From assembly GCA_964464385.1 (NCBI GenBank), contig CAYXFZ010000008.1, positions 1 to 38,546 of the forward strand: 38,546 bases of DNA, read 5' to 3'. Both the position numbers and the translations under genes were made by a program. Under the pieces are notes generated by a model. That model was not told the origin of the DNA. It did no database searches and worked only from the letters and a program-made list of their open reading frames with translations. Below are positions 18,258 to 27,806 of this stretch, in pieces (positions within the stretch are counted from its first letter, which is position 1; each line of letters starts with the position of its first letter). The DNA comes from an uncultured Planctomycetales bacterium (lineage in GTDB: Bacteria > Planctomycetota > UBA1135).

Positions 18258-18635
18258 TCTAGTTTTCTCCCTTCTATTTGGCTCAGGCAACTTTTTTGTC
18301 CGTTCGATTCTCCAATCCAGAAATCGGGGTTTCTTGGAGATGGTGAACTTCCGGATCGTCCCGTGCCTCTTTTGGGCAGAATGGCCAGCGATATCAACGC
18401 CTTGTCCCCGGCATTCGCCTTGTTTTGTGGCGACTTGATCGCCGGCACGGGCACGATTTTCGGAAACTCCGCGGAGTGGAAAGCTTGGGGGGCGCCTACT
18501 TACAGCCTGCAACGCCCCCGCTTTATGGTGCCGGGAGAGAACGATCCGACCGGTCCGACGCCGCGCCTCAACTCGGTGGCTTGTATGGCAACCATTGTCC
18601 AGCAAAATTTGACGTTTGCCCTGATCGTGGGCTGA
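18258..18635 (+). pseudogene. Possible decayed metallophosphoesterase gene remnant
   Basis: The open frame gives ..GFLGDGELPDRP..PAFALFCGDLIAGTG....EWKAW......PRFMVPGENDP. This matches the order and spacing of the calcineurin-like phosphoesterase motifs (DxH / GDxxD / GNHD), but with catalytic residues substituted and the protein truncated at ~125 aa. Confidence 0.3.
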
Positions 18636-18639
18636 GGGT

Positions 18640-21189
18640 CTATCCTTCCAGCAGTTTTCGAATCTGTTCTTCCAGCTCGTCGTTTTGGCGGCGAATCTCT
18701 TGCAACTTGGCGTGGATTTCCTCGGACGGATCGGTTTTTGTTTCCGCTTCTGCTACCAACAAGTTGAGGCGGTAACTTTCCTCGATGAGGAGTGTCAGAT
18801 CATCTTGCGGCGGCATGAAGTGCGTCACCAAGGACTTGGTCCGTTTGATAAGGTCGCGGAGTTCACGCATTTGCGCATCGGCGGGATCTTCCCGCACCAA
18901 GTTTTGCGCATCTTCCAATAGTTGATCGAAGGAGTCGCCTCGTGCCCAGTAACTGCGACGCAAGAACTCGGCGAACTGAGCCGTCACGTTAGAACGACGG
19001 AAGTCCCGGGAGGCCAGTTCCCAACGGGAGCTCCCCTCGCCTAAGGCCAACCTCCATTCTTGCTCCTGGGCCTCGTCGGATCCGTCTGGGAACCAGCGCA
19101 CTCGGACTTTGGCAATCCAATCGCCTAGGGCAACCCCGATGTGGGATTCCAGTTCATACAGGGCAGTGACCTCGTGCCCGGCGCCGATCTCACCAGCGTC
19201 CACAGCATCATTACGGAAGTCCTGGTCAGCCACGGCGCGGTTTTCGTAACCCAGCTGGCGCCATCGGCGCAAGATGCCCGGGTTGAATTCTACTTGGATT
19301 TTCACGTCTCGAGCAATGGTCTGCATCGTGCCGGTAAAGCGCTCTACAAACACGCGCTTGGCTTCGTCGTAATCGTCCACGTAATGGCAAGCACCATTGC
19401 CCTTGTTGGCCAAGCGCTCCAAAAACACGTCGTTGTGGTTGCCCATGCCGACCCCAATGGTGGTCAAGTCGATGTCGCGTTCGGCGAAGGAACGGACTTT
19501 TTCCAAAATGCGTTCTTGGTCGGTTTCGCCAGTGTTGGCGACGCCGTCTGAGCATAAGATGACGCGGTTGACGGCCTCTTCGCGCCAGGCGCGTTCCGCC
19601 ATTTCGTATCCCAGGAGCAAACCGGCCTCGGCATTGGTGGAGCCGCCCATTTCAATGCCGCGTACGGCCTCGCGGATTTTCCAGCGCAGGGTTCCAGCGG
19701 TGGGCTCCAATTCCAAGTGAGCCTTGGATTCGAAGCTCACGATGCCGACGGTGTCCTCTTTGCGGAGTTGATCCACCAACAATTCCAGGGAGCGTTTGAC
19801 CATTTCCATGCGGTCACCGGACTTCATGGATCCCGATCGATCCACGACAAACACTAGGTTGAAGGGCTTGCGGTCACCCGCTTGGATCTCGCGCGCTTTG
19901 ATGCCGATCTGTAGAAGGGAGACGCCCTCCTGGTGACGGTAGCGGGAAGGGGCCATTTGCAATGTGACGGCAAAATCACCTTGCTTGGGGGCAACCAGCC
20001 CATGGTCAAACCAATTCAGGAACTCCTCGGTTCGGATAGCACCTTTGGGTGGCACATTTCCTTTCGTGAGGTAGTTGCGCGCCAGGGCCCAAGAAGCCGT
20101 GTCCACATCGGCGGCGAAGGTGGAGAGCGCATCGGCATCGGCCGGCACAAAGGCGTTGTCCCCGTAGTAGCGGAAGAACATGTCGCGCGGCGATTCCTGC
20201 GGCTGGCGATGAATGTGACGCAAGATGTGCGGCCCATGCAAGGTGCGCCCATAGCCATCATGGAGGCTGTAACGAAAACCTGCCCGACCCCTTTCCCTCT
20301 CGGCTTGCAAGCGATCGCCCAGGGCAAGGCCCAAGGATTCTTCCGCGATAGGTGCGTCCTGTATTTCTTGCAGGGATTCCAGTTTCAGGCCTACGTAAAC
20401 ATCGGCCTCTTTTCGAAAATCTTCCGCTCGACGGCGAAGCAAAGATTCGGATATGAGCCTCCCACCCTTGCCTCCACGGGCGCCATGTTTTGCACCGACC
20501 TTGCCACTCACAGCGCCACCTCCGGAAACGCTGCCACCCGCGCCGCCACCAATGCCAGTGGCGTTATTGAAGGCCAATTTGTCGAAGACCGCATCATCTT
20601 TGGCCTTGAATACGGATTCGGAACTGGACTTGATCGGCACCGCCGGGGCGGTGTTTTGAGAATTTTCGACCATAGAGCCCAAGGAATTCAGAGTCTCGAA
20701 CCATTTGTTTTCGCTATCGGCGACCACCTTGCCGGCTTGAACCAGACTGCTAGGAGTTGGTTCTGCTGAATCCGTTCGGGGAACGGAAACATCCGAGGCG
20801 GAAGCGGAAGTTTCTGATTCCAGTCCGAGATGATGATCTCCAAAACGGATGTCGGCATTAGGGTTGAAAAGGGACAATCCTCCGGCTACGAGCAAGACAG
20901 CAGCGACCCATTTCATGGGCAACTGAAATTCGAGTAGCTGGCCTGCAGGCTGTTCACTCGAGTTGATTGCGCGGGCGGCGGACTGGAGAGTTTGACGGCG
21001 ATCCTCGGAAAGCTCTTCCGTTTCAATTGTGGCCTCTTGGACGAGGCCCAACACCTTGTTCATTTCCGCCAAGTAAGCGCGGAGTTCGGGATCCTTTTTC
21101 AGTTCCTGTTCCAGGGATTTTGTTGCTTCGGCATCCAGTTCTCCGAGCAGGAAATCCGTCACTTGTTGTTTTTTGTCTTCTTGATTCAT
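18640..21189 (-). CDS. Anti-sigma-factor N-terminus + TM helix + YfbK-like von Willebrand factor A (vWA/DUF3520-type) extracytoplasmic domain + C-terminal coiled coil
   Basis: ATG 21189 lies 12 nt after the sigma stop. N-terminus: VTDFLLGELDAEATKSLEQELKKDPELRAYL. TM helix: WVAAVLLVAGGLSLF. STFAADVDTASWALARNYL is the vWA N-terminal module. MIDAS motif: VFVVDRSGSM. The extension to 21534 overlaps the sigma gene. Confidence 0.85.
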   Translation of the reverse strand: MNQEDKKQQVTDFLLGELDAEATKSLEQELKKDPELRAYLAEMNKVLGLVQEATIETEELSEDRRQTLQSAARAINSSEQPAGQLLEFQLPMKWVAAVLLVAGGLSLFNPNADIRFGDHHLGLESETSASASDVSVPRTDSAEPTPSSLVQAGKVVADSENKWFETLNSLGSMVENSQNTAPAVPIKSSSESVFKAKDDAVFDKLAFNNATGIGGGAGGSVSGGGAVSGKVGAKHGARGGKGGRLISESLLRRRAEDFRKEADVYVGLKLESLQEIQDAPIAEESLGLALGDRLQAERERGRAGFRYSLHDGYGRTLHGPHILRHIHRQPQESPRDMFFRYYGDNAFVPADADALSTFAADVDTASWALARNYLTKGNVPPKGAIRTEEFLNWFDHGLVAPKQGDFAVTLQMAPSRYRHQEGVSLLQIGIKAREIQAGDRKPFNLVFVVDRSGSMKSGDRMEMVKRSLELLVDQLRKEDTVGIVSFESKAHLELEPTAGTLRWKIREAVRGIEMGGSTNAEAGLLLGYEMAERAWREEAVNRVILCSDGVANTGETDQERILEKVRSFAERDIDLTTIGVGMGNHNDVFLERLANKGNGACHYVDDYDEAKRVFVERFTGTMQTIARDVKIQVEFNPGILRRWRQLGYENRAVADQDFRNDAVDAGEIGAGHEVTALYELESHIGVALGDWIAKVRVRWFPDGSDEAQEQEWRLALGEGSSRWELASRDFRRSNVTAQFAEFLRRSYWARGDSFDQLLEDAQNLVREDPADAQMRELRDLIKRTKSLVTHFMPPQDDLTLLIEESYRLNLLVAEAETKTDPSEEIHAKLQEIRRQNDELEEQIRKLLEG

Positions 21190-21200
21190 GTCTATTCTCC

Positions 21201-21758
21201 TTATCCCGTGGCCGCGACGCGGCTCAGCCGAAACGAAAGGCGGCCTATGGCCTGATGTGCCAGCCAACCCACCGTGCCCTTGGCAATGCCCAGAACTTCG
21301 CCAATTTCTTGGTATGTCAATCCTTCCTGCACCTTGAGTTGCAAAACTTCCCGTTCTTTTGCGGGAAGGAGGCCAATTTCCTGGTGGACTAAGGATTGGA
21401 TCTCCGCACCCCCCAGGATTTCTTCTGGCGTGGGTGGGCTTTCCCGGTGCGCAGAATTTTCGGCGCGGTCCATTTCTCGATTTTCTTTTTTCATGGCATC
21501 CAAACAAAAATTGCGGCACACCTGGAACAACCATGGCCCTAAGGAACCAGATTTTCCGCAGACCGGTTTGGCGCGTAAAAACCGCAAGAAAGTTTCCTGC
21601 ACAGCATCTTCGGCCGCCATCCTCTCTCTTCGAAAGGAAAGGGCGAATCGCAGGAGCGGGGTTTGCCAGCGATCCACCAAGGAATCGAAGGCAGGGGCTT
21701 CGCCGGCGCGAAATTGCTCGAGAAGGACGGAGTCCGGGGGCTCAGGGTTGGCTTTCAT
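21201..21758 (-). CDS. ECF-type RNA polymerase sigma-70 family factor
   Basis: Region 2: AFDSLVDRWQTPLLRFA....AEDAVQETFLR. Region 4: LPAKEREVLQLKVQEGLTYQEIGEVLGIAKGTVGW. Confidence 0.9.
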   Translation of the reverse strand: MKANPEPPDSVLLEQFRAGEAPAFDSLVDRWQTPLLRFALSFRRERMAAEDAVQETFLRFLRAKPVCGKSGSLGPWLFQVCRNFCLDAMKKENREMDRAENSAHRESPPTPEEILGGAEIQSLVHQEIGLLPAKEREVLQLKVQEGLTYQEIGEVLGIAKGTVGWLAHQAIGRLSFRLSRVAATG

Positions 21759-21854
21759 TCGGTTTCCAAGGGGTCAACGACACGACACTGCAGAAGTTTG
21801 GACATTTTTTTGGGATGGCATGATGGGGGTAGGATGCTTTTCCTTGTTTTGACG

Positions 21855-22757
21855 ATGAAACTACCTCTCTCCTGTTTTTTCGCCACCCTCTCGATCTTGT
21901 CGAGTTGTTCCGTTGCCCCGCTTCCCGCGGATACCGCCCTTCTCTCGTCGGCTTCCTCGGAGGAATTGCGCGTCATGACCTTCAACATCCGTTATGGCAC
22001 GGCCCCGGATGGCCCCAACCATTGGCTTTTACGCCAGGATCGCGTGCTCGACACCATTCGTGCTGAATCTCCGCACATTTTGGCCATTCAGGAGGGCTTG
22101 GCCTTTCAGATGACGTTTTTAAAGGAGCATTTGCCCGAGTACCTCGCCCTTGGTCAGCACCGCGATGGCGGCAAGCGGGGCGAATTCAGCGGATTGCTGG
22201 TGGACGAAGCTGTCCTGGAAATCCTGGACTCCGGTCAGTTTTGGTTGTCGGCCACTCCAGAGACTCTCGGTTCAAGGGGATGGGATGCTGCATTACCTCG
22301 CACCGCGGTTTGGGCCCGACTCCGCTGGCGGGCTGTACGAAATGGCGAGGCCAGCGCCGCCCATGAGTTTTTGGTTTTAGGCACCCACTTGGATCATCGT
22401 GGCAAAGAGGCTCGATTGCAAAGTGCGCTTCTCATTCAGCGGCGCATGGAGGGACTGGCCAATGGCATTCCCGTCCTGTTGATGGGGGACTTCAATGTTG
22501 CTCCGGAAGATCCGCCCATGCAAGTGTTTCAGGAAGCAGGTTTTCAGAGCGCGGTTCTCCTTCATGATTCAGCGGCTGCTGGTAGCGGGACCTTTCACAG
22601 TTTTCGAGGGCATGAGACGGGCCGCCAGATCGATCACATTTGGGTTTCTCCTGGCTGGAATATCCAAGTAGCTGAAATTCTCCGGCCCCGATTTGATGGC
22701 CGCAGTCCCTCGGATCACGATCCTGTATTCGCCCGGTTTGGCCTAGCTCCGCACTGA
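21855..22757 (+). CDS. Endonuclease/exonuclease/phosphatase (EEP) family lipoprotein
   Basis: MKLPLSCFFATLSILSSC lipobox. LRVMTFNIRYG, ILAIQE, GTHLDH, LMGDFN and SDHDPV are EEP motifs. An alternative ATG lies at 21834. Confidence 0.8.
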   Translation: MKLPLSCFFATLSILSSCSVAPLPADTALLSSASSEELRVMTFNIRYGTAPDGPNHWLLRQDRVLDTIRAESPHILAIQEGLAFQMTFLKEHLPEYLALGQHRDGGKRGEFSGLLVDEAVLEILDSGQFWLSATPETLGSRGWDAALPRTAVWARLRWRAVRNGEASAAHEFLVLGTHLDHRGKEARLQSALLIQRRMEGLANGIPVLLMGDFNVAPEDPPMQVFQEAGFQSAVLLHDSAAAGSGTFHSFRGHETGRQIDHIWVSPGWNIQVAEILRPRFDGRSPSDHDPVFARFGLAPH

Positions 22758-22774
22758 TAGGATTTCATGCAGCA

Positions 22775-24220
22775 ATGGCCATCGTGCGACTTCAGAATTA
22801 CATCGGCGGGGCGTGGTTGGATTCCGCCGCGCCCTCAACCTACCCTGTAACCAACCCGGCAACGGGGGAGGTGATTGGCGAATGTCCTCTGTCCACAACT
22901 TCCGAGTTGGACGACGCCGTTCGCTCCGCCGAAACTGCGTTTCAAACTTGGCGCCGCGTCCCGGTTCAGGATCGGATTCAGTATCTCTTTCAGCTGAAGA
23001 CACTCATGGACGAGCACGCCGAGGAGTTGGCTGCCATCGTCACCCGCGAAAACGGAAAGACCCTTTCGGAAGCCTTGGGTAGCGTCCAGCGCGGTATCCA
23101 GATGATCGAGGTCGCTACCGGGGCACCCACTCTCCTCATGGGGCAGTCGCTTGAGGACATCGCCCGGGGTATCGACTGCGAATCCGTGCGCCAACCTGTG
23201 GGTGTATTTGCCTGCATCGCTCCCTTCAATTTTCCGGCCATGGTGCCCCTTTGGTTTTTCCCTTTTGCTGTGGCTTGTGGCAATACCTTTGTGTGCAAAC
23301 CTTCCGAGCAAGTTCCCTTCAGTCAGAAGTTCATTTGGGATCTGATCCACAGGGCGGGTTTTCCGCCTGGTGTTCTGAATCTGGTCAACGGTGGTCGAGA
23401 AGTGGTGGAAAGCATCTGCGAACACCCGGGCATTGCCGGCGTGTCTTTTGTGGGCTCCAGCCCTGTTGCTGAAAAAGTGTATGCCTCCGCCGCCGCCACT
23501 CGGAAACGAGTTCAATCACTTGGCGGAGCCAAAAACTTCATTATCGTCATGCCAGACGCCGACATGGTCCATACGGCTTGCAACGTAAGCGAGTCCGCCT
23601 TTGGTTGTGCCGGAGAACGCTGTTTGGCAGCGTCGGTCATTCTTGCGGTGGGAGATGCCCACGAGGCTGTTCGCCTAGGCTTAAAAAAGGAAATGGAGGC
23701 CATCGTGATTGGGGATGGCTCTAAGCCTGGGGTAACGATGGGCCCGCTCATCAACGAAGCCGCGAAACAGCGCGTCTTGGACTTCATTGATTTGGGCGTG
23801 AGTGAGGGAGCCGAATTGGTTGTGGACGGGCGCGAATCCGAGGTTCCAGAAGACGGATTTTTTCTTGGCCCAACCCTTTTCGACAACGTAACTCCAGAAA
23901 TGAAAATAGCCTCCCAGGAAATTTTTGGGCCGGTGTTGTGTCTTCAAGGGGTTGAGTCCCTGGATGCAGCTCTTGCCGTCACCAAGGCTCAGCCCTTGGC
24001 CAACGCGAATTCCATCTTCACCACTTCCGGAAAAGCGGCGCGGCAGTTTCGCTACGAAGTGGATGCCACCATGGCCGGCGTCAACATTGGCGTGGCGGCA
24101 CCCATGTCCTTCTTTTCCTTTGGTGGAGCCAAGGGGTCATTTTTCGGGGACCTCAAGGCCCATGGCCGCGAAGCCTTCGACTTTTTCACGGACCGCAAGG
24201 TCCTCATCTCCCGCTGGTAA
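22775..24220 (+). CDS. mmsA: CoA-acylating methylmalonate/malonate-semialdehyde dehydrogenase
   Basis: NYIGGAW...NPATGEV...IAPFNFPAMVPLWFFPFAVACGNTFVCKPSEQ...GERCLA...FGG.K.S.FGD matches the MmsA subfamily pattern. Confidence 0.9.
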   Translation: MAIVRLQNYIGGAWLDSAAPSTYPVTNPATGEVIGECPLSTTSELDDAVRSAETAFQTWRRVPVQDRIQYLFQLKTLMDEHAEELAAIVTRENGKTLSEALGSVQRGIQMIEVATGAPTLLMGQSLEDIARGIDCESVRQPVGVFACIAPFNFPAMVPLWFFPFAVACGNTFVCKPSEQVPFSQKFIWDLIHRAGFPPGVLNLVNGGREVVESICEHPGIAGVSFVGSSPVAEKVYASAAATRKRVQSLGGAKNFIIVMPDADMVHTACNVSESAFGCAGERCLAASVILAVGDAHEAVRLGLKKEMEAIVIGDGSKPGVTMGPLINEAAKQRVLDFIDLGVSEGAELVVDGRESEVPEDGFFLGPTLFDNVTPEMKIASQEIFGPVLCLQGVESLDAALAVTKAQPLANANSIFTTSGKAARQFRYEVDATMAGVNIGVAAPMSFFSFGGAKGSFFGDLKAHGREAFDFFTDRKVLISRW

Positions 24221-24229
24221 ACCATTCCC

Positions 24230-25096
24230 ATGTCCAGAATCGTCCGCGGCGGCCTGATCCAGTGTGCCAACCCCATCAATGACGAAAATCGTCCGGTGGC
24301 CGAAATTCAGGCGGCTTGTTTTGAGAAGCACCTGCCCATGATCGAAGATGCCGGCACCAAGGGGGTACAAGTGTTGTGCCTGCAAGAGATTTTCAATGGC
24401 CCCTACTTTTGTCCCAGTCAGGATCCTCGTTGGTATGACGCTGCCGAGCCCGTTCCCGGCCCGACTGTCGAGGCCCTGACTCCCCACGCGGTCAAACACA
24501 AGATGGTGATCATCGTGCCGGTTTATGAGCGTGATGAGGCCGGCATCTACTACAACACCGCGGCCGTGATTGACGCTGACGGCACCTACCTCGGTAAGTA
24601 TCGCAAGAACCACATCCCGCACACTTCTGGTTTCTGGGAGAAGTATTTTTTCAAGCCTGGCAACCTCGGCTACCCCGTTTTCCAAACGGCCTATGGCAAG
24701 ATCGGAGTTTACATTTGCTACGACCGCCACTTTCCGGAAGGAGCACGCCTCCTGGGATTGAATGGGGCAGAGATCGTGTTCAATCCATCGGCTACGGTTG
24801 CTGGTTTGTCTCAATATCTTTGGAAACTCGAGCAACCCGCGCATGCAGTAGCCAACGGCTACTTCATGGGGTGTATCAATCGTGTGGGCGAAGAGAGTCC
24901 TTGGGATCTTGGTCGCTTTTATGGCACGAGTTATTTCGTGGATCCGCGCGGCAATTTTTTGGCGGAGGGTTCCGAAACCGAAGACGAGTTGGTCGTAGCC
25001 GACATGGACCTCTCGATCATCGAAGAGGTCCGCCGTGTTTGGCAGTTCTACCGAGATCGTCGCCCCGAAACTTACGAGGCCATGACTAAACTTTAG
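24230..25096 (+). CDS. Beta-ureidopropionase / N-carbamoyl-beta-alanine amidohydrolase (nitrilase superfamily)
   Basis: LCLQEIFNGPYFC...YRKNHIP...GVYICYDRHFPE...NPSAT gives the Glu-Lys-Cys triad context. Position is within the pyrimidine cluster. Confidence 0.85.
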   Translation: MSRIVRGGLIQCANPINDENRPVAEIQAACFEKHLPMIEDAGTKGVQVLCLQEIFNGPYFCPSQDPRWYDAAEPVPGPTVEALTPHAVKHKMVIIVPVYERDEAGIYYNTAAVIDADGTYLGKYRKNHIPHTSGFWEKYFFKPGNLGYPVFQTAYGKIGVYICYDRHFPEGARLLGLNGAEIVFNPSATVAGLSQYLWKLEQPAHAVANGYFMGCINRVGEESPWDLGRFYGTSYFVDPRGNFLAEGSETEDELVVADMDLSIIEEVRRVWQFYRDRRPETYEAMTKL

Positions 25097-25101
25097 AAAT
25101 C

Positions 25102-26478
25102 ATGAGCATTCTCCTGAAGAACGGAAAGGTGGTCACCGCGGACGAGACTTGGGTGGGGGATGTCCTTTGCCAGGATGGCACCATCGTGGCCCTTGGCCCC
25201 GATCTCGAGGCGGGTGCCGGCGATACGGTGATTGACGCCAGTGGGCAGTATGTTTTCCCCGGCGGCCTCGATCCGCACGTCCACATGGAGTTGTCCTTCA
25301 TGGGGACGATTTCCGCCGACGACTTTGAATCGGGCACCGCGGCAGGTGTGGCGGGTGGCACTACCTCGATCATTGATTTTGTCATCCCTCCCCGGGATCA
25401 GAGCTTGATGGAAGGCTTGGCCGAGTGGCACGCAAAGGCCGACAAGGCGGTTGCCGACTATGCTTTTCACATGGCCGTCACTTGGTGGGGAGATCAAACC
25501 GCCGAGTGGATGCGACGCTGCGTGCAGGAGGAGGGCATCCCTTCCTTCAAGACTTTCATGGCCTATCGCGGTGCCATTGGCGTCGACGACTGGGAATTGA
25601 TTCAAGTCATGCGCACGGCCAAGGAGTTGGGCGCTTTAACGACCGTCCACGCTGAGCACGGCGACATGGTGGTGCATCTTCAGGAAAAATTGTTTGCTGA
25701 GGGAAAAATCGAACCCAAGTACCATGCCCAGTCGCGGCCTGCCCCGGTCGAGGGTGAGGCCACTTCCAGGGCCATCATGTTGGCCCGTATGACCAACGAG
25801 CCGCTTTACGTGGTACACGTCACCTGCAAGGAGTCCGTTGCCGCCATTGCCGAGGCTCGCAGTCGCGGCCAGAACGTCATGGGGGAAACTTGCCCGCAGT
25901 ACTTATTGTTGGACGATTCCATCTACGACCAACCCGATTTTTTAGGTGCCGCCGCTGTCATGTCCCCGCCGATTCGCCCCAGCGGGCACCAAGAACCGCT
26001 TTGGCAAGCCCTTCGAGACGGCACTCTGGAAGTCGTGGCCACGGACCACTGTCCTTTCAATCTCGTCGGCCAAAAAGATCTGGGCAAGGAGGATTTTCGC
26101 AAGATCCCCAACGGCGCCGCTGGCATTCAACACCGCCTCGCCCTGATGTACACCTTTGGGGTCTCGGAAGAACGACTGGACTTGAATCAGTTCGTGGATC
26201 TCACTTCAACCCGAGCCGCCAAAATTTTCGGACTTTATCCTCGCAAGGGTTCGATTACCGTCGGCGCTGACGCAGACTTGGTCGTATGGGATCCTGCAGC
26301 CACCGGAACAATTTCGGCAAAGACCCACCATCACAAGGTGGACACCAACATTTTCGAGGGATTCCAAACAAAAGGTGCGCCGACGACCGTGATCGTGAAC
26401 GGGCGCGTGCAATTCCAGGACGGCGATCTGCGTGTGGAGCGTGGCGCCGGCCGCTACCTCAAACGGACGCTGGCTTGA
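25102..26478 (+). CDS. Dihydropyrimidinase (D-hydantoinase)
   Basis: FPGGLDPHVHMEL, SFKTFMAYRG, TVHAEHGD and VATDHCPF are cyclic-amidohydrolase motifs; 458 aa. Confidence 0.9.
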   Translation: MSILLKNGKVVTADETWVGDVLCQDGTIVALGPDLEAGAGDTVIDASGQYVFPGGLDPHVHMELSFMGTISADDFESGTAAGVAGGTTSIIDFVIPPRDQSLMEGLAEWHAKADKAVADYAFHMAVTWWGDQTAEWMRRCVQEEGIPSFKTFMAYRGAIGVDDWELIQVMRTAKELGALTTVHAEHGDMVVHLQEKLFAEGKIEPKYHAQSRPAPVEGEATSRAIMLARMTNEPLYVVHVTCKESVAAIAEARSRGQNVMGETCPQYLLLDDSIYDQPDFLGAAAVMSPPIRPSGHQEPLWQALRDGTLEVVATDHCPFNLVGQKDLGKEDFRKIPNGAAGIQHRLALMYTFGVSEERLDLNQFVDLTSTRAAKIFGLYPRKGSITVGADADLVVWDPAATGTISAKTHHHKVDTNIFEGFQTKGAPTTVIVNGRVQFQDGDLRVERGAGRYLKRTLA

Positions 26479-27797
26479 CCCCATCCAAGACCGACGACTC
26501 CACTCGAGAAAAAGTGCTTGCCAAGCACGAGGAATATATCCTCGGAGCCGTTGCCAATTACTACGTCGAGCCCATCGTCCCCGAGTCCGGTTCCGGGCGT
26601 CACCTGACGGATACCGATGGGCGTACTTACCTGGACTTTTTTGGTGGCATTCTCACTCTTTCCGTCGGTCACTGTGACGAGCGTGTCACCGGCCCTCTGA
26701 AGACTCAAATTGATCGCCTTGGCCACGTTTCGACCCTGTACCCGACGATTCCAATCGTCGAGCTTGCCGAGCGATTGGCTCGGATTACCCCGGGTCGCTT
26801 GCAAAAGAGCATGTTCACGGCAAGCGGGACCGAGGCCGACGAAACTGCGGTAGCTTTGGCCCAGGTTTACACCGGCTCGATTGAACTCATTGCCCTGCGT
26901 CATGGGTACTCCGGCCGTTCCTTGCTCGCCCAATCCCTGACGGGCCAAGCTCCGTGGCGGGCGGTGCCATCCCAAGTGGCTGGCATCAAGCATGCCCATG
27001 CCCCTTACTGTTACCGTTGTCCATTGAAGCTTGAATATCCAAGTTGTGGGGTCGCCTGTGCAACGGACATCGAAAATCTCATCCGGACCACTACCACCGG
27101 CCAGATTGCTGGCTTTTTGGCTGAACCGATCCTGGGTGTTGGCGGGTTCATTGTTCCTCCTCCTGAATACTTTCAGATCGCCACCGACATCGTTCGCAAG
27201 TACGGTGGTATTTTCATCTGCGATGAGGTGCAAACGGGCTTTGGCCGAACCGGCGGAAAAATGTTTGGCATTGAACATTGGGGTGTCGAACCCGAAGTCA
27301 TGACCATGGCCAAGGGCGTGGCCAACGGGATGCCCTTGGGCGTTACCATCGCCACGCCGGAAGTGGCCGATGCTTTTCAGGCCTTGACGATCTCGACATT
27401 CGGCGGCAACCCGGTTTCCTCCGCTGCGGCCAACGCCACCCTGGAGGTCATCGAACAGGAAAATTTGGCGCAAAACGCCGAAGTCATGGGCACGCGCCTG
27501 CGCAACGGCCTCGAAGAACTGCAACGCAAACACCCCAAGCACCTGGGCGACGTGCGCGGTAAGGGATTGATGCTCGCCATTGAATTCGTTGCCGACGAAC
27601 CGGCCGGCGATCGTAGCCCAAGCCCCACGACCACGAATTTGGTGTTTGAAGCAGCCAAGGAACGCGGTCTCTTGGTTGGCAAGGGCGGCCTGGACGGCAA
27701 CATTTTGCGCATTTCCCCCGCCTTAACCGTCACCACCGAGGAGATAGACCAAGCCCTGGATCTCCTCGGCCAAGCCTGTTCCAAACTACCCCAATAG
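26475..27797 (+). CDS. Class III (omega) aminotransferase, probable beta-alanine transaminase
   Basis: YLDFFGGILTLSVGHC, ICDEVQTGFGRTG and TMAKGVANGMPLG. No ATG follows the upstream stop; TTG 26475 overlaps TGA 26476-8 (GTG 26514 is an alternative). The ORF-track start at 26286 lies inside the dihydropyrimidinase gene. Confidence 0.8.
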   Translation: MTPSKTDDSTREKVLAKHEEYILGAVANYYVEPIVPESGSGRHLTDTDGRTYLDFFGGILTLSVGHCDERVTGPLKTQIDRLGHVSTLYPTIPIVELAERLARITPGRLQKSMFTASGTEADETAVALAQVYTGSIELIALRHGYSGRSLLAQSLTGQAPWRAVPSQVAGIKHAHAPYCYRCPLKLEYPSCGVACATDIENLIRTTTTGQIAGFLAEPILGVGGFIVPPPEYFQIATDIVRKYGGIFICDEVQTGFGRTGGKMFGIEHWGVEPEVMTMAKGVANGMPLGVTIATPEVADAFQALTISTFGGNPVSSAAANATLEVIEQENLAQNAEVMGTRLRNGLEELQRKHPKHLGDVRGKGLMLAIEFVADEPAGDRSPSPTTTNLVFEAAKERGLLVGKGGLDGNILRISPALTVTTEEIDQALDLLGQACSKLPQ

Positions 27798-27806
27798 GAG
27801 ACAACC

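Noticed and set aside
18179-18605. Minus-strand ORFs 18179..18454 and 18231..18605 in the gap after the vWA gene
   Set aside because: Both are Arg-rich with no motifs and overlap the lipoprotein gene start. The + strand frame shows at least a faint phosphoesterase pattern and was reported instead as a low-confidence remnant.
26286-26474. ATG-initiated 5' extension of the aminotransferase ORF
   Set aside because: It lies inside the dihydropyrimidinase coding region in another frame and translates to an Arg/Gly-rich sequence. The aminotransferase family alignment begins near 26500, so the TTG/GTG start after the upstream stop is preferred.
26454-27542. 362-aa minus-strand ORF; likewise 31338..32327 (329 aa), 24137..24844 (235 aa), 22835..23515 (226 aa), 10950..11774 (274 aa), 3290..4030 (246 aa), 19933..20769 (278 aa) and 29575..30312 (245 aa)
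   Set aside because: All are fully nested antisense or out of frame within genes that carry clear family signatures (aminotransferase, hydrolase, beta-ureidopropionase, MmsA, UPF0261, MtnP, vWA, NCS1). Their composition is typical of GC-rich shadow frames.
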